Shown one piece after another: positions 41,175-51,451 of a DNA stretch of 64,000 nt (the stretch's first letter is position 1; each line of letters opens with the position of its first letter). The position numbers and the translations under genes were made by a program. Below the pieces are notes generated by a model. It did not search any database, was not told the DNA's origin, and saw nothing but the letters and a program-made list of their open reading frames with translations. The DNA comes from a bacterium (lineage in GTDB: Bacteria; Patescibacteriota; Microgenomatia; JAMCZE01). Location: assembly GCA_021836035.1 (NCBI GenBank), contig JAKBJL010000004.1, positions 67,841 to 131,840 on the forward strand, read 5' to 3'.

Positions 41175-41917
41175 TTTACCCCAACTACTTCTTTTCTTAA
41201 TTTTTCGCTCAAGTTAACGTAGCCGTCGTACCAGTGAAGATCTTTGAAAAGCTGGTACAAGGGACCGTTTTGGACAGCACTTAATTCCAAAGCCATGTCC
41301 GTAAAGCAATCTTTGCGGTAGTAATCACTTTTGATTCCATCTTTATCTAGTCGGGACAGTAGCAACTCATAAACATGAACGACTTCACCAAGGAATGTCC
41401 CTTTGGGATCACCACCCCTAACCGCCTGAAAAGCCATGCCAGTAGAGCCAACGTCATTATCAAGTATTTCGATAGCTGTTGGCAGACGTCCAAGTTTTTC
41501 CTGGAGTCTTTTAACGTCTTCGTCCCCTTCTTTCATCTTTTCAGACATAATGTTTAAAGTTTCTGTAAATTTCTGTGCTGTCGGTGTTGCTTCAATTTTC
41601 CCACTCTTAAGAGGAGTATTCCTAAATTCGTCCCTAAATAGAGATAAAATTTCTTCCATGGTAGCCAGATGGGGAGAACTTTCTTTCAAGGCCACGGTGT
41701 TTCTCATCATTTCTTGTTGTTCGGGAGCCAAACTGTCAACTTCTAGGGAGTTAAACTTATTCACAATGTCATTTAAGCCAGAAATTACTAGACTAAAATA
41801 AGCAGGATTCTCTGCTAAAATTTTGTTTGCGGTTTCTAAAGTTGGCCAGCTATCAAACATTGCTGCCATTACTCGACCGGCAGTTCCTACCTCGATTTTG
41901 CTAGATAAGTTTGTCAT
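41171..41917 (-). CDS. Hypothetical protein
   Basis: 248-aa ORF directly downstream of the aminotransferase. Confidence 0.7.
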   Translation of the reverse strand: MTNLSSKIEVGTAGRVMAAMFDSWPTLETANKILAENPAYFSLVISGLNDIVNKFNSLEVDSLAPEQQEMMRNTVALKESSPHLATMEEILSLFRDEFRNTPLKSGKIEATPTAQKFTETLNIMSEKMKEGDEDVKRLQEKLGRLPTAIEILDNDVGSTGMAFQAVRGGDPKGTFLGEVVHVYELLLSRLDKDGIKSDYYRKDCFTDMALELSAVQNGPLYQLFKDLHWYDGYVNLSEKLRKEVVGVN

Positions 41918-41938
41918 TCTTCCTTGTGGATCAATTCG

Positions 41939-43156
41939 TTACAGACTTAACAGCTTTACAATAATATTAATTCCTTCATCTAAAAGTTTCCGATCGATGA
42001 CTAGCGGTGGCATAATTTGAATATTACCGCCGTCACCAATTACAAGGTGTAAACCATTTGCAAAAGCTTGATTAACCAATGTTTTAGCCGCATCTCCATC
42101 CACTAGTTCTAATCCAATCTCCATCCCTATTCCCCGGATATCGTTGACTTTAGGATTATTTACTAATTTGGTTTCCAAGGTTCTTATTAAGTATTGGCCG
42201 TCTTTTTCCGCTTTTTCCCAAACCCTATCTCGTTTGTGAATTTCTAGAGTCTTAAGAGCGGCAGCACAGGAGAGCGGGTTCCAACCAAAGGTTGAGGTTA
42301 AATTTGTCTTTCCCAGAGTCGTCTCAATGATTTCTTTTCTAGTAACCATGGTTCCAATTGTTCCCGCTCCGTTGCATGATGCTTTGGCAAAAGTTACAAT
42401 ATCCGGGACTACATTTTCTAATTCCATACCGAACAATTTCCCCAATCTAGAAAAGCCGGTTCCCACCTCATCGAGAATTAAAAGCGTACCATATTTTTCC
42501 GTAAGTTCACGCACTAGTTTTAGATATCCTTTGGGGGCAACATAAGTTGATCCCCAACCGGTAATAATTCCTGCTTCGGTAACGATTGCCGCTATATCCT
42601 TTTGGGAAAGCAACATCTCTAATTCTTCGGCAAAGTTTTTCAAAACTTCCTCCGGAGTCTTATCTTTTTGTAGTCGAGGAAAATCCATTTGAATGAATTC
42701 GGGGACCAAAGGAGCAATTGCTTCCACATATTCAGGTCGGTAACCAATAGCCATAACCCCAAACGATTGACCATGATATGTATTTTTAAATCCAATAATC
42801 TTTTTCCTGCCAGTAAAAGCTCTAGCTGTTTTCAATGCTTCCTCATTTGCCTCTGTCCCGCCGGTTGCTCGGGAAATAGTGTCTAAAGATTTAGGAAGTG
42901 CTTCTGTTAATGCTTTTGCGTATGCAATCTGGATTTCATCAGAAGACCAGAGGATATTATGAACATTTTTACTCAACTGCCCACTTATTGCTTGATTGAT
43001 TTCTGAATTATTCCATCCCAGGTTAGTAACATTCCAGGCACAGGTAAAATCAATGAGTTTTTTGTCATCTTTTGTCCAGAGATAGCTTCCTTCTGCCTTT
43101 TCTAAGTCAAACGTCCAATCAGTCGCATCATTAAATACAATCCTATTTTTAATCAT
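41939..43156 (-). CDS. Class III PLP-dependent aminotransferase
   Basis: GTEANE, YHGQS, LILDEVGTGFSRLG, PDIVTFAK. Confidence 0.92.
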   Translation of the reverse strand: MIKNRIVFNDATDWTFDLEKAEGSYLWTKDDKKLIDFTCAWNVTNLGWNNSEINQAISGQLSKNVHNILWSSDEIQIAYAKALTEALPKSLDTISRATGGTEANEEALKTARAFTGRKKIIGFKNTYHGQSFGVMAIGYRPEYVEAIAPLVPEFIQMDFPRLQKDKTPEEVLKNFAEELEMLLSQKDIAAIVTEAGIITGWGSTYVAPKGYLKLVRELTEKYGTLLILDEVGTGFSRLGKLFGMELENVVPDIVTFAKASCNGAGTIGTMVTRKEIIETTLGKTNLTSTFGWNPLSCAAALKTLEIHKRDRVWEKAEKDGQYLIRTLETKLVNNPKVNDIRGIGMEIGLELVDGDAAKTLVNQAFANGLHLVIGDGGNIQIMPPLVIDRKLLDEGINIIVKLLSL

Positions 43157-43195
43157 TACATAGATTATATACTAGTTCGGCTTATAATAAGAATT

Positions 43196-43612
43196 ATGAA
43201 TCATGGAGCTGGGATTGTGGTGGTCAGAGAAGATGGGGCCGTTTTGATGCAGCACCGGGATAATAAACCAGGAATCTTCTATCCTGATCATTGGTGCTAT
43301 CCCGCCGGTTCTGTCGATGAAGGTGAAGATTATAAGGAAGCGGCAAAGCGGGAGCTAAAAGAAGAGACGGGGTATGAACCTAAAGAGCTGTTTGAATTAA
43401 CAGATGAAATTTACACCCGAAGCGATGGCCAGCAAGTCAACCGTCATATCTTCTGGACCCCATACGACAACATACAAGAAATCAAATGTCTTGAAGGTCA
43501 GGAAATGCAATTTATCAAAGCCGAGGAATTTCCGGGTAAAAAATTCCTTCCCGGTCAAGAAAGACTGCTTAACTTAGCAATTCAAAAAGCGAAAGAAATA
43601 AGAAGGTTGTAA
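43196..43612 (+). CDS. NUDIX hydrolase
   Basis: PAGSVDEGEDYKEAAKRELKEETG. Confidence 0.9.
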   Translation: MNHGAGIVVVREDGAVLMQHRDNKPGIFYPDHWCYPAGSVDEGEDYKEAAKRELKEETGYEPKELFELTDEIYTRSDGQQVNRHIFWTPYDNIQEIKCLEGQEMQFIKAEEFPGKKFLPGQERLLNLAIQKAKEIRRL

Positions 43613-43943
43613 CTATAGATACATAACTGAAAATATTTCCTGGTAGAAGTTATTGACGCAGTTTATGAATCTCTACTACCCATATCGGCGTAAATCTGCA
43701 AATACTGGCGGCTTAAAGTTATTGGCTCGTAAGGTATAATCCAATCGTAGGTTCTAAACGCATTGGTCAGAGCCAGCAAGATTGGACACCAAGCGACCGT
43801 AAGCCCTAAAAAACCCGATTCTGCTTGCTAAATGTCATTTAATTTTAGGAAGTCTCGGACCGTACTCTTGTTATTCATGGTGAGAAAACGCCTTTGATGG
43901 AGTGTAAAATCTGCTACGATTAAAGCGATATCAAGGAAAATAT

Positions 43944-44396
43944 ATGATGAAAGATAAAATTACTCTCCATGCCAAGTGGCTTATCAAGGCTCCTATAACG
44001 GAGGTGTTTGACATAATAACTGACTTCGAAAAATGGCCCGAGTATTTTCCCAAAGTTGCAGCATCGATACAAGTCATAAGACATGAAGGAAATAACTTGG
44101 AAATGGACGCGACCGTTAAATCATTCGGCCAAAATTTTCCAGTAAAAATGAGAACTCAGATACTCCCCGGAAAGGGGTTCTTTTCGGATAATGAAAGCCC
44201 TAAATTTGGAACTTCCGGCCACGAGGAGTTGTTACTCTCTGAACAAGGTGAAGGAACGGTGATCGATTACACTTATCAAGTTACCATCCATAAATATTGG
44301 CTCCGTATAGTCGCAAAACCACTCATTGGCTGGTTTTCCATGAAATATTGGGAGAAATCTGTCATAGATGAACTTAGAAAAAGGATTGAGAGATAA
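43944..44396 (+). CDS. SRPBCC/polyketide cyclase-like protein
   Basis: IKAPITEVFDIITDFEKWPEYFP. Confidence 0.8.
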   Translation: MMKDKITLHAKWLIKAPITEVFDIITDFEKWPEYFPKVAASIQVIRHEGNNLEMDATVKSFGQNFPVKMRTQILPGKGFFSDNESPKFGTSGHEELLLSEQGEGTVIDYTYQVTIHKYWLRIVAKPLIGWFSMKYWEKSVIDELRKRIER

Positions 44397-44752
44397 AATC
44401 CTGAGCGTCGTTTAGTCTTTATATGAAGATGTATAAAGCTCTGGACGTTGAGGCTATGGTGAGAATAGTAGCCAGGCAAGGGAATACGGAATGGTGGAAC
44501 CTTAGCTATGGGATCCAGGAGATTAAAAACTCCTTTCAAACTTCTGAGTGTCGAGGCTGGGGTTCTAATTATTTGAGGTAAAAGATGAAAAGCTCAAATT
44601 TGTATAGGGATTAAATTGTGAGATTCAAAATCCCATCTCTTTTCGTTGGGCGTATTCCCGAAGCACTGGAAGCTGGATTTCTTTTAAGCACAAGCCCTGC
44701 TTTTCTTGTTTAAGGGTCGAAACTCGGGTAAGAATAACTGCTTTGGTCATAT

Positions 44753-46225
44753 TCAGGTTTGACTAACAATTTTGAAAGTTCCTTTCTGGCAATCAATTTC
44801 CACTACATCGTCATCGTGCAAAAGTTTTGTAGCTATTTCTGTGCCAACTATGCAAGGTTTTCCCAGTTCTCTTGAAACAATCGCTGCGTGGGAAAGAAGA
44901 CCACCTACATCAGTAATTATTGCTCCCGCCTTTTTCATTCCAATCACATAATCAGGACTTGTCATCGTGGTAACCAAAACATCGCCCTCTTCAAGTTTTA
45001 ATATATCTTTAATTGTTGGCACTAGCTTAACTTTGCCTCTGTAAGTCTCAACATTACCTGTTGAAGCGAGTGTCCCTTTAATAACGGCTTGTCCATTTTT
45101 AACTGTCGTGTCATAACTGTTTGCTATGGCAAGAGCATTTTGCCCAACAATTTGCTCAAGGCCGTTGTCAGAACAAAGGAAAAGCAGACACTCTTTCCTT
45201 TTATTGATATTGCTTTCGCTGAACGAGACAATAGCATCCTTTAATTCGTCTGGTAAAAGTAACTTAATATCTTCAACACTTCTGTTCGTTCGTCTCGCAA
45301 ACTCATTTACAAACTCCTCAAGGTAGTGGTCTCCTATAAAGTTAAACATTTTTCTCTCATCCTGCTTCTGCGCAAATTGGTCAGCTAATTCAATTAAAGA
45401 ACGAAAGTCTTGAGACGCGTTAAGCTCGTCGAGTAAATTATTTTTCTTCTCTAAAGTGGACTTAACATAAGTGTCAATTTCTGCTTTCAGTGCTTGGAAG
45501 TCTTTACTGCCTAATTCCTGTAACTCGTTTTCAAAAAAGTTAATATCCAACACCTTCGCTTCCAGATAACTATTGTGCATCCAAAAGTATATTTTTTGAT
45601 GGTCTTGAAGAGCCTGCTGTCGCTTGTGTAAAGGCATTTCCAACACTCGGATTAAATCCCTTTGCTCTTGGCGGTAGAAAGTTAGGAAAGCTGGAGTTGT
45701 GAGGATTACCATTGATTTATCAAACTCGGTTAAGTTTTTCGCTTTTATATAAGTTTTCAGCTTGTCTGATATTGCTGGTATTAAGCTGGTCGTAACAAGA
45801 TCCAGCGACATGGTAATTGTCCAATAACTCCAATATACTTTTGAGAAGTTTTTATAAGCCCTCGAAAGGCTGTTATCTGGCAGCTTATCGAACTTCAGCT
45901 TTTCCAGCTTTTCGAAAGCGTCTTTTAGGTTTTCAGTTCTCTTTTTCCATAAAGCGAGATATTTCAGCTTTCCTTTATTGTTAAAAACCGTTAACTGGCA
46001 AAACTTCTGGCTCGTCTGGATAAAATCTTCCTCGTCAAGCATCCAAAGAACTTGGTTATTCCGAAAAATTACAACCGAGAGCGGAAAGCACAAGCCCAAC
46101 CCCTTCTTCAGTGGAATAAAGGCAGGTTCCACAGTGAAGTACATAAAAAGTGGACAGGCAGAGATAGGCCCCCAACGAAACAGCTTCCTTTTTGGGTCAA
46201 GTAGTTTAGCCTCTATTTTTTTCAT
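44753..46225 (-). CDS. Protein with a C-terminal PEP-utilising phosphohistidine swivel domain
   Basis: GDVLVTTMTSPD...GGLLSHAAIVSRELGKPCIVG; helical N-terminal region. Confidence 0.85.
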   Translation of the reverse strand: MKKIEAKLLDPKRKLFRWGPISACPLFMYFTVEPAFIPLKKGLGLCFPLSVVIFRNNQVLWMLDEEDFIQTSQKFCQLTVFNNKGKLKYLALWKKRTENLKDAFEKLEKLKFDKLPDNSLSRAYKNFSKVYWSYWTITMSLDLVTTSLIPAISDKLKTYIKAKNLTEFDKSMVILTTPAFLTFYRQEQRDLIRVLEMPLHKRQQALQDHQKIYFWMHNSYLEAKVLDINFFENELQELGSKDFQALKAEIDTYVKSTLEKKNNLLDELNASQDFRSLIELADQFAQKQDERKMFNFIGDHYLEEFVNEFARRTNRSVEDIKLLLPDELKDAIVSFSESNINKRKECLLFLCSDNGLEQIVGQNALAIANSYDTTVKNGQAVIKGTLASTGNVETYRGKVKLVPTIKDILKLEEGDVLVTTMTSPDYVIGMKKAGAIITDVGGLLSHAAIVSRELGKPCIVGTEIATKLLHDDDVVEIDCQKGTFKIVSQT

Positions 46226-46395
46226 TTGATTTTTTGACTTTCAATAAAATTATTTAGGTCGCTCGCTTTAACTCTATATTGCTTTTGCATCTGATACGCT
46301 TTCAGCTTTCCCGCTTTAATCCAGCGATAGACTGTCATATAGGCAACTTTCAGGGTTTTGGCAACCTCTTTAGCGGTATAAAATTGATCTTCCAT
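46222..46395 (-). CDS. Excisionase-like (HTH_17) DNA-binding protein
   Basis: Manual translation MEDQFYTAKEVAKTLKVAYMTVYRWIKAGKLKAYQMQKQYRVKASDLNNFI (57 aa); ATGA overlap with the next gene. Confidence 0.85.
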   Translation of the reverse strand: MEDQFYTAKEVAKTLKVAYMTVYRWIKAGKLKAYQMQKQYRVKASDLNNFIESQKIK

Positions 46396-46520
46396 AGTAT
46401 TAACTTACATTGACATTGTTTAACACTGCATCTCGAAAGTCAACTAGCTTGATAGATCTAAACTCATTTATCTTTGCCCTTAAAAGAGCAAACGGGCTTT
46501 CAGGATTTGGATAGGCAAGT

Positions 46521-46730
46521 TGTCAAGTGCCCCTTTTGTTGCACACGCTTTTTCTAAACAAAACGGCTTAGGAATTTAAGTTCGAATTTGGCTGGTGAAG
46601 TTTTGAGTTTGGTATAAATCCTCTCGTTGTTGTAGTAATTGATGGCTTGGTGGCTAGCCTCCACAAACTCACCAATAGTTTCAAACCGTTCAAACTCAAG
46701 TACTAAACCCCTCTTAAAGTTTTTAAATCA
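46521..46730 (-). mobile_element. IS3-family 3' remnant with terminal repeat
   Basis: Minus frame FETIGEFVEASHQAINYYNNERIYTKLKTSPAKF (integrase core end); TGTCAAGTGCCCCTTTT terminus at 46521. Confidence 0.7.
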
Positions 46731-46789
46731 ATACCAGTTTCACCTAAGACGTAGCCCAAAATTACCACTGAATATTTTTTAACCTTTTC

Positions 46790-47110
46790 TGCGGAGAGAT
46801 TTCTAAGAAAATAACTAGCTACTATCCCACCCTATGATTTATCAATTAACCTTATGCGATTGTAATCTTCTGCTTTACAAAAGTCTAAGATTTAATTCAG
46901 GGCTTCCAATTATTCTTTTATTTCTGGGCCGGAAGAATGATCTTCACCGGGATCTAGATAGGGAAAGTTAAAATTAGCTACCGGGTGATTAGCTTTGCGG
47001 CTAGCGTCAATAATTTTGCAAATAAACGGCGAATCCATACTGTATGAACCGCCATGAAGAACAACATCTATAATTTCTGCCTGCTTATTAAAAAAGAATT
47101 TAAAGTCTGA
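46790..47110 (-). pseudogene. Alpha/beta hydrolase remnant
   Basis: VVLHGG...FNFPYLD...IRLIDKS*GGIVAS with several stops. Confidence 0.55.
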
Positions 47111-47201
47111 CACCCGCAATAATCTTACTATAAATAAGAGTAATGAAGTCACGTCGCTCTTATACTTACCTTTTGTGCTAAAATAATGCGTATTATAGGA
47201 C

Positions 47202-48398
47202 ATGAAAAGGTTCGAGCAGCAACCAGTTCAAAACATACCGGAAAAACCCGGCAGAATCCATGTTCGCCGAGAGCAGAGTAATTTTGAACAAACTTCAAGA
47301 TATCACTGGGCGGGGTTGGCACAAAATCCAGGAGCGATTGAAAGAGACATTGAAGAGAAAGCGAGATCAATTCTTGAAAATCAAGGACGGATATCGCTAA
47401 GGTTGTTAAATGAAAACGAACCCGGATTAGCCTTTGCCGTTAAGAAGTACTACCCCGGAGGTTTAAGAAAACTAAAGGAAACTGTTGAAGCTGGTAACAA
47501 CCAGATAGAAGCTCCATTAAATGTCATCTTCAACGAAGCGGGTCTGCCCATTAGCAAAAGCGGAAATATTTGGTGGTCGATTTTAGCTAAGGATCAAGAA
47601 AAAGTGACAAGAGTCATTGAAACCGAAGCAAGGAAAATGCTAACTAGCGGTATTAAATTAACCCAGTCTGGAATTACAAAAGCGGGGCAGAGCGGGTTCA
47701 TAGCGGCTATATATCATTACTACCCAGGCGGACTACAAGCCTTAAAAAGGAAATTTGGACAAGAACTTTCCCAACACGAACACGGATATTGGACACCAGA
47801 GAAAATCAAAGACGAAAGCCTAAGGGTACTGGCCACTCATGGTAACTTAACCCAGGGATTACTCACATCTTTAAAGAGAAACGATTTAAGCATTGCTATC
47901 GCCCGAAAGTACCCCGGTGGATTAACACAATTAAAAAGAGACCTGGGCTTGGTAGAATCCACAAAAGAAGACGGCTATTGGAAAAACATTGATACTATTC
48001 GCAGCGAAGCAAAAATTTTCTTCCAAGAAACCGGAAAATTAGATACGGAATCTTTATATTCCGCAGGAAAAAGTAGTTTGGCTAGCGCCATTGTCAAACG
48101 CTATCCCGGCAGTTTTTATCGATTGCGTAAAGACCTTGGTTTAAAAGGCGGGAGAAAGCCCACTGGATTTTGGAGCAGCCAAGAGGGGCTGGATCTCATG
48201 CGGGTCGAAGCGCAAAACTTATTAAAGCAAGAGGGGCATATTACCGTCGAATTATTTAATGAGAGAAGGAAAAGTATGATTGGGTACGCCATCAGGCATT
48301 ACTACCCTGGTGGGATAAAACAACTTAAAGAAGAGTTAGGACATATAAACACTACGAACGAGGCCAATATCCAGATAGAGGCTTTATTAAAAGATTAA
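47202..48398 (+). CDS. Tandem helical-repeat (YPGG repeat) protein 1
   Basis: Five ~60-aa repeats W..E.I..EA...G.LT...L.....L..AI..YYPGG...LK; tail EANIQIEALLKD. Confidence 0.85.
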   Translation: MKRFEQQPVQNIPEKPGRIHVRREQSNFEQTSRYHWAGLAQNPGAIERDIEEKARSILENQGRISLRLLNENEPGLAFAVKKYYPGGLRKLKETVEAGNNQIEAPLNVIFNEAGLPISKSGNIWWSILAKDQEKVTRVIETEARKMLTSGIKLTQSGITKAGQSGFIAAIYHYYPGGLQALKRKFGQELSQHEHGYWTPEKIKDESLRVLATHGNLTQGLLTSLKRNDLSIAIARKYPGGLTQLKRDLGLVESTKEDGYWKNIDTIRSEAKIFFQETGKLDTESLYSAGKSSLASAIVKRYPGSFYRLRKDLGLKGGRKPTGFWSSQEGLDLMRVEAQNLLKQEGHITVELFNERRKSMIGYAIRHYYPGGIKQLKEELGHINTTNEANIQIEALLKD

Positions 48399-48399
48399 T

Positions 48400-50235
48400 A
48401 TGACCAAGGAAAATGAACCAATCATTAATAGAATAGTATGGGCGCAACTGGCTAAAACTGATCAGGAAGGCTTAAGGTCAACAATTGAAAGCCAGGCGCG
48501 GGACTACCTGCAAACCCATCCAGAAAATATAAGCCATGCATCTTTAAAAAGAGTTGGCTTAGGAAGTTTGGCTAAGGCGATCGGTCGTTTCTATCCGGGA
48601 GGTTTCTCTCAATTAAAAACTAATTTAGAACTACCAAGTTCCCCCAACATTGATTATATCCAAACCCAGATTAACGATGATGGCTTGCCTGTAGATAAAG
48701 GAGGCAAAATCTGGTGGCAGAAGATTCCCCCAGAAAAACGGGCAGAAATGATCGAAAAAGTGGCCCAAAATTCATTGTCCGCCGGTACCATTACGCCGGG
48801 CTTCAGGCGAGCTATTCACGACTACTACCCCGGAGGAATAACCGCTTTGAAGGAAAAACTGGGCATGAGGTTAAAGCGCCCACCCGATTATTGGACCCCA
48901 AAGAAAATTGAAGCCGAAGCCCAAAAGGTTATTGCCGCTGGCGGTCGGTTATCTCAAAGTTACTTACTTAAGACAAAACAAGCCTATTTAACTGCCGCAA
49001 TCAAAGAGAAATATCCCGGCGGTATCCGCGCCTTAAAGAAAAAGCTTTCCCTAAAGTCCCGTCAACCGGAAGGGTACTGGACACCGGGACATATTGAAAC
49101 CGAAGCTAGAGATTTACTGGCCACTCACAAAAGTTTTTCCATTTCTCTCTTGAAGCAACTGGGAAGGAACGACCTTTTAATCGCCATTAACCGAAAATAC
49201 CCCGGCGGAATCAGCGCCCTCCGGGAGAAATTGGCTCTCACTCCGGTGTACCATCCCGCCGGCTATTGGACGCCGGAACGGATTGAGGAAGAGGTCGCCC
49301 GGTTGTCAAAGTCCGGAGTTTCTATTTCTAGCAAGTCACTTAAAAATCACGGTTACAGTAAGCTGGCTAGCGCCATTGCGGAAAACTATCCCGGTAAGTG
49401 GCGCGCCCTGAAAACGAAACTTGGGTTAAAAATCGCAAAACGGTCAAGTGACTGGACACCTGATGGCATTGAAGCTGCCGTCAGGCCTTACATTAAGGAT
49501 AATCATCTGACCGAGCAGATGCTTCTTGAAAATGGCCGCAGCGATTTAACTAATATTATCCGCAAACTTTATCCCGGCCGAATGAACGGTTTAAAGTTAA
49601 AACTTGGGCTAATCATTGAACAAAAACCTGACGGCTACTGGACCAGAGTAAACATTCTTACAGAGGTGAACCAACTAATCGCCCAAGGTGTTGATATTAC
49701 CCCCGCCAATTTACAAAGAATCGGCCGCAAAGACCTGGACGGAGCTATCGGCCGGGAGATTGGCTGGCGGAATTTCCGGAAACTAATCGGTCTTCAGAAT
49801 CGTAAAGAAAAAGAAGACTGGCCAAAAGAAACTATTGAAAGAGAAGCCGCCGCCTTTGTTGCTGCCGGGAATCGCCTTACCGCTGTTCAATTAGCCAAGT
49901 TAGGACGTAATGACTTAGCTCATGCTATCACTGCTCATTATGAAGGCGGCATGCCAAAACTTCGGGAAAAGCTCGGGTTAAAAGAACCCAAGAAACCAAA
50001 CGGTTATTGGACTCCGGAAAACATCAAGCGCGAAGCCCGGGACTTTTATCAACAGTTCGGGCAGTTAACTACGAAAGAAACCTACCGGCAACACCGACAT
50101 GATCTTTGGAAGGCTATCAACGACAAGTATCCCGGAGGTTTTTCTGCGTTACGAAAAGATCTGGGTATTGAGTTAGTTAATCAGATAAACACAGAAGAAG
50201 CCAACGCCCAGATCGAAGCAATATTGAAAGATTAA
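48400..50235 (+). CDS. Tandem helical-repeat (YPGG repeat) protein 2
   Basis: About nine repeats; tail EANAQIEAILKD. Confidence 0.85.
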   Translation: MTKENEPIINRIVWAQLAKTDQEGLRSTIESQARDYLQTHPENISHASLKRVGLGSLAKAIGRFYPGGFSQLKTNLELPSSPNIDYIQTQINDDGLPVDKGGKIWWQKIPPEKRAEMIEKVAQNSLSAGTITPGFRRAIHDYYPGGITALKEKLGMRLKRPPDYWTPKKIEAEAQKVIAAGGRLSQSYLLKTKQAYLTAAIKEKYPGGIRALKKKLSLKSRQPEGYWTPGHIETEARDLLATHKSFSISLLKQLGRNDLLIAINRKYPGGISALREKLALTPVYHPAGYWTPERIEEEVARLSKSGVSISSKSLKNHGYSKLASAIAENYPGKWRALKTKLGLKIAKRSSDWTPDGIEAAVRPYIKDNHLTEQMLLENGRSDLTNIIRKLYPGRMNGLKLKLGLIIEQKPDGYWTRVNILTEVNQLIAQGVDITPANLQRIGRKDLDGAIGREIGWRNFRKLIGLQNRKEKEDWPKETIEREAAAFVAAGNRLTAVQLAKLGRNDLAHAITAHYEGGMPKLREKLGLKEPKKPNGYWTPENIKREARDFYQQFGQLTTKETYRQHRHDLWKAINDKYPGGFSALRKDLGIELVNQINTEEANAQIEAILKD

Positions 50236-50238
50236 CCT

Positions 50239-51450
50239 ATGACTAAAGAAATTCATTTACCGCAACCTAGAACCAGGAAGCCGCCAAACTATTGGAATGA
50301 GGAAACAATTGAGACCGAAGCGGCTAAGGTCGTACTATCCGGAAATTTAAGTGAGAGAGCTTTGCGCCGGCAAGGACACCAAGATTTACTAATGGCTATA
50401 ATCCGTAAATATCCGGGGCGCCTAACGGGTCTGAAAGAAAAACTTGGCATAAAAGTGGAACATAAACCAGGGGGATATTGGACATCGGAACGGATTGAAG
50501 CAGAAGTTAGAGAGCTTAAATCCGAGGGCGTAAAAATCTCAAAAACTGGCCTCTATAAAATTGAAAGGTCCGACCTGGCCGCTGCAATTTATTCTTATTA
50601 TCCCGGAAGCTGGAAAGAATTAAGGAAGAAAATGAAAATAAAAGGACCGGTTGAACATGGATTTTGGACAGACGATCGGATTGTTAGCGAGGCTAAAAAA
50701 TATGTTGCGAATGGTCAACTGAACCAGAGAGTCCTAAAAGAGGCTGGGCAACAAAATTTATCCGATTCAATTATCCGGCTTTATCCCGGTGGCTTCACGG
50801 GTTTGCGGCTAAAACTAGGTATTAATTCTGGACGCAAAGATAAATACTGGAATGTAGAAACAATCGAAGCTGATGTCAAAAAACTTCTACCCGCATTGGG
50901 TAAGCTGACCCAGACAAGTTTATATGTTATTGGCCGCCAAGATTTAGTTAGTGCGGTAACAAATCATTATCCTGGAGGTTTTCAGGCTTTACAGGAAAAC
51001 TTGGGAGTAGCAAGGCGTCGGGAACCTAATTATTGGGTACCGGAAAATATTGAAAAAGAAGCCGCCGAATTTTTGGCAACCCATCATGAACTTAGTTTTA
51101 AATCCCTGAAAAGAGAACGTGCATTTAGTCTCGCCAATGCTATCGCAGAGAAATTCCCGGGCGGAATGAAAGCTCTACAAGAAAAATTCGCTATCGAAAG
51201 AGCTAAAAAATATGATTATTGGGACGCGGATACTGTCTTGCAGGAGGCCAAAGTGTTTTTGGAAAAGTTCGGTTCTCTCGCCATCAAGGATTTAGATGCT
51301 CAAAATCGAACTGATCTCGAAGGGGCTATCAGAAATCACTATCCCGGAGGATTTATTCAGCTTCGAAAAGATTTAAATTATCACGGGCCTGATAAACAAA
51401 AAGGTATTGAGTCCGCAAACGCCCAAATAGAAGCATTGTTAAAAGATTGA
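50239..51450 (+). CDS. Tandem helical-repeat (YPGG repeat) protein 3
   Basis: Six repeats; tail SANAQIEALLKD. Confidence 0.85.
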   Translation: MTKEIHLPQPRTRKPPNYWNEETIETEAAKVVLSGNLSERALRRQGHQDLLMAIIRKYPGRLTGLKEKLGIKVEHKPGGYWTSERIEAEVRELKSEGVKISKTGLYKIERSDLAAAIYSYYPGSWKELRKKMKIKGPVEHGFWTDDRIVSEAKKYVANGQLNQRVLKEAGQQNLSDSIIRLYPGGFTGLRLKLGINSGRKDKYWNVETIEADVKKLLPALGKLTQTSLYVIGRQDLVSAVTNHYPGGFQALQENLGVARRREPNYWVPENIEKEAAEFLATHHELSFKSLKRERAFSLANAIAEKFPGGMKALQEKFAIERAKKYDYWDADTVLQEAKVFLEKFGSLAIKDLDAQNRTDLEGAIRNHYPGGFIQLRKDLNYHGPDKQKGIESANAQIEALLKD

Positions 51451-51451
51451 T

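Noticed and set aside
46910-47203. 97-aa intact CDS
   Set aside because: It is part of an alpha/beta hydrolase remnant with multiple downstream stops.
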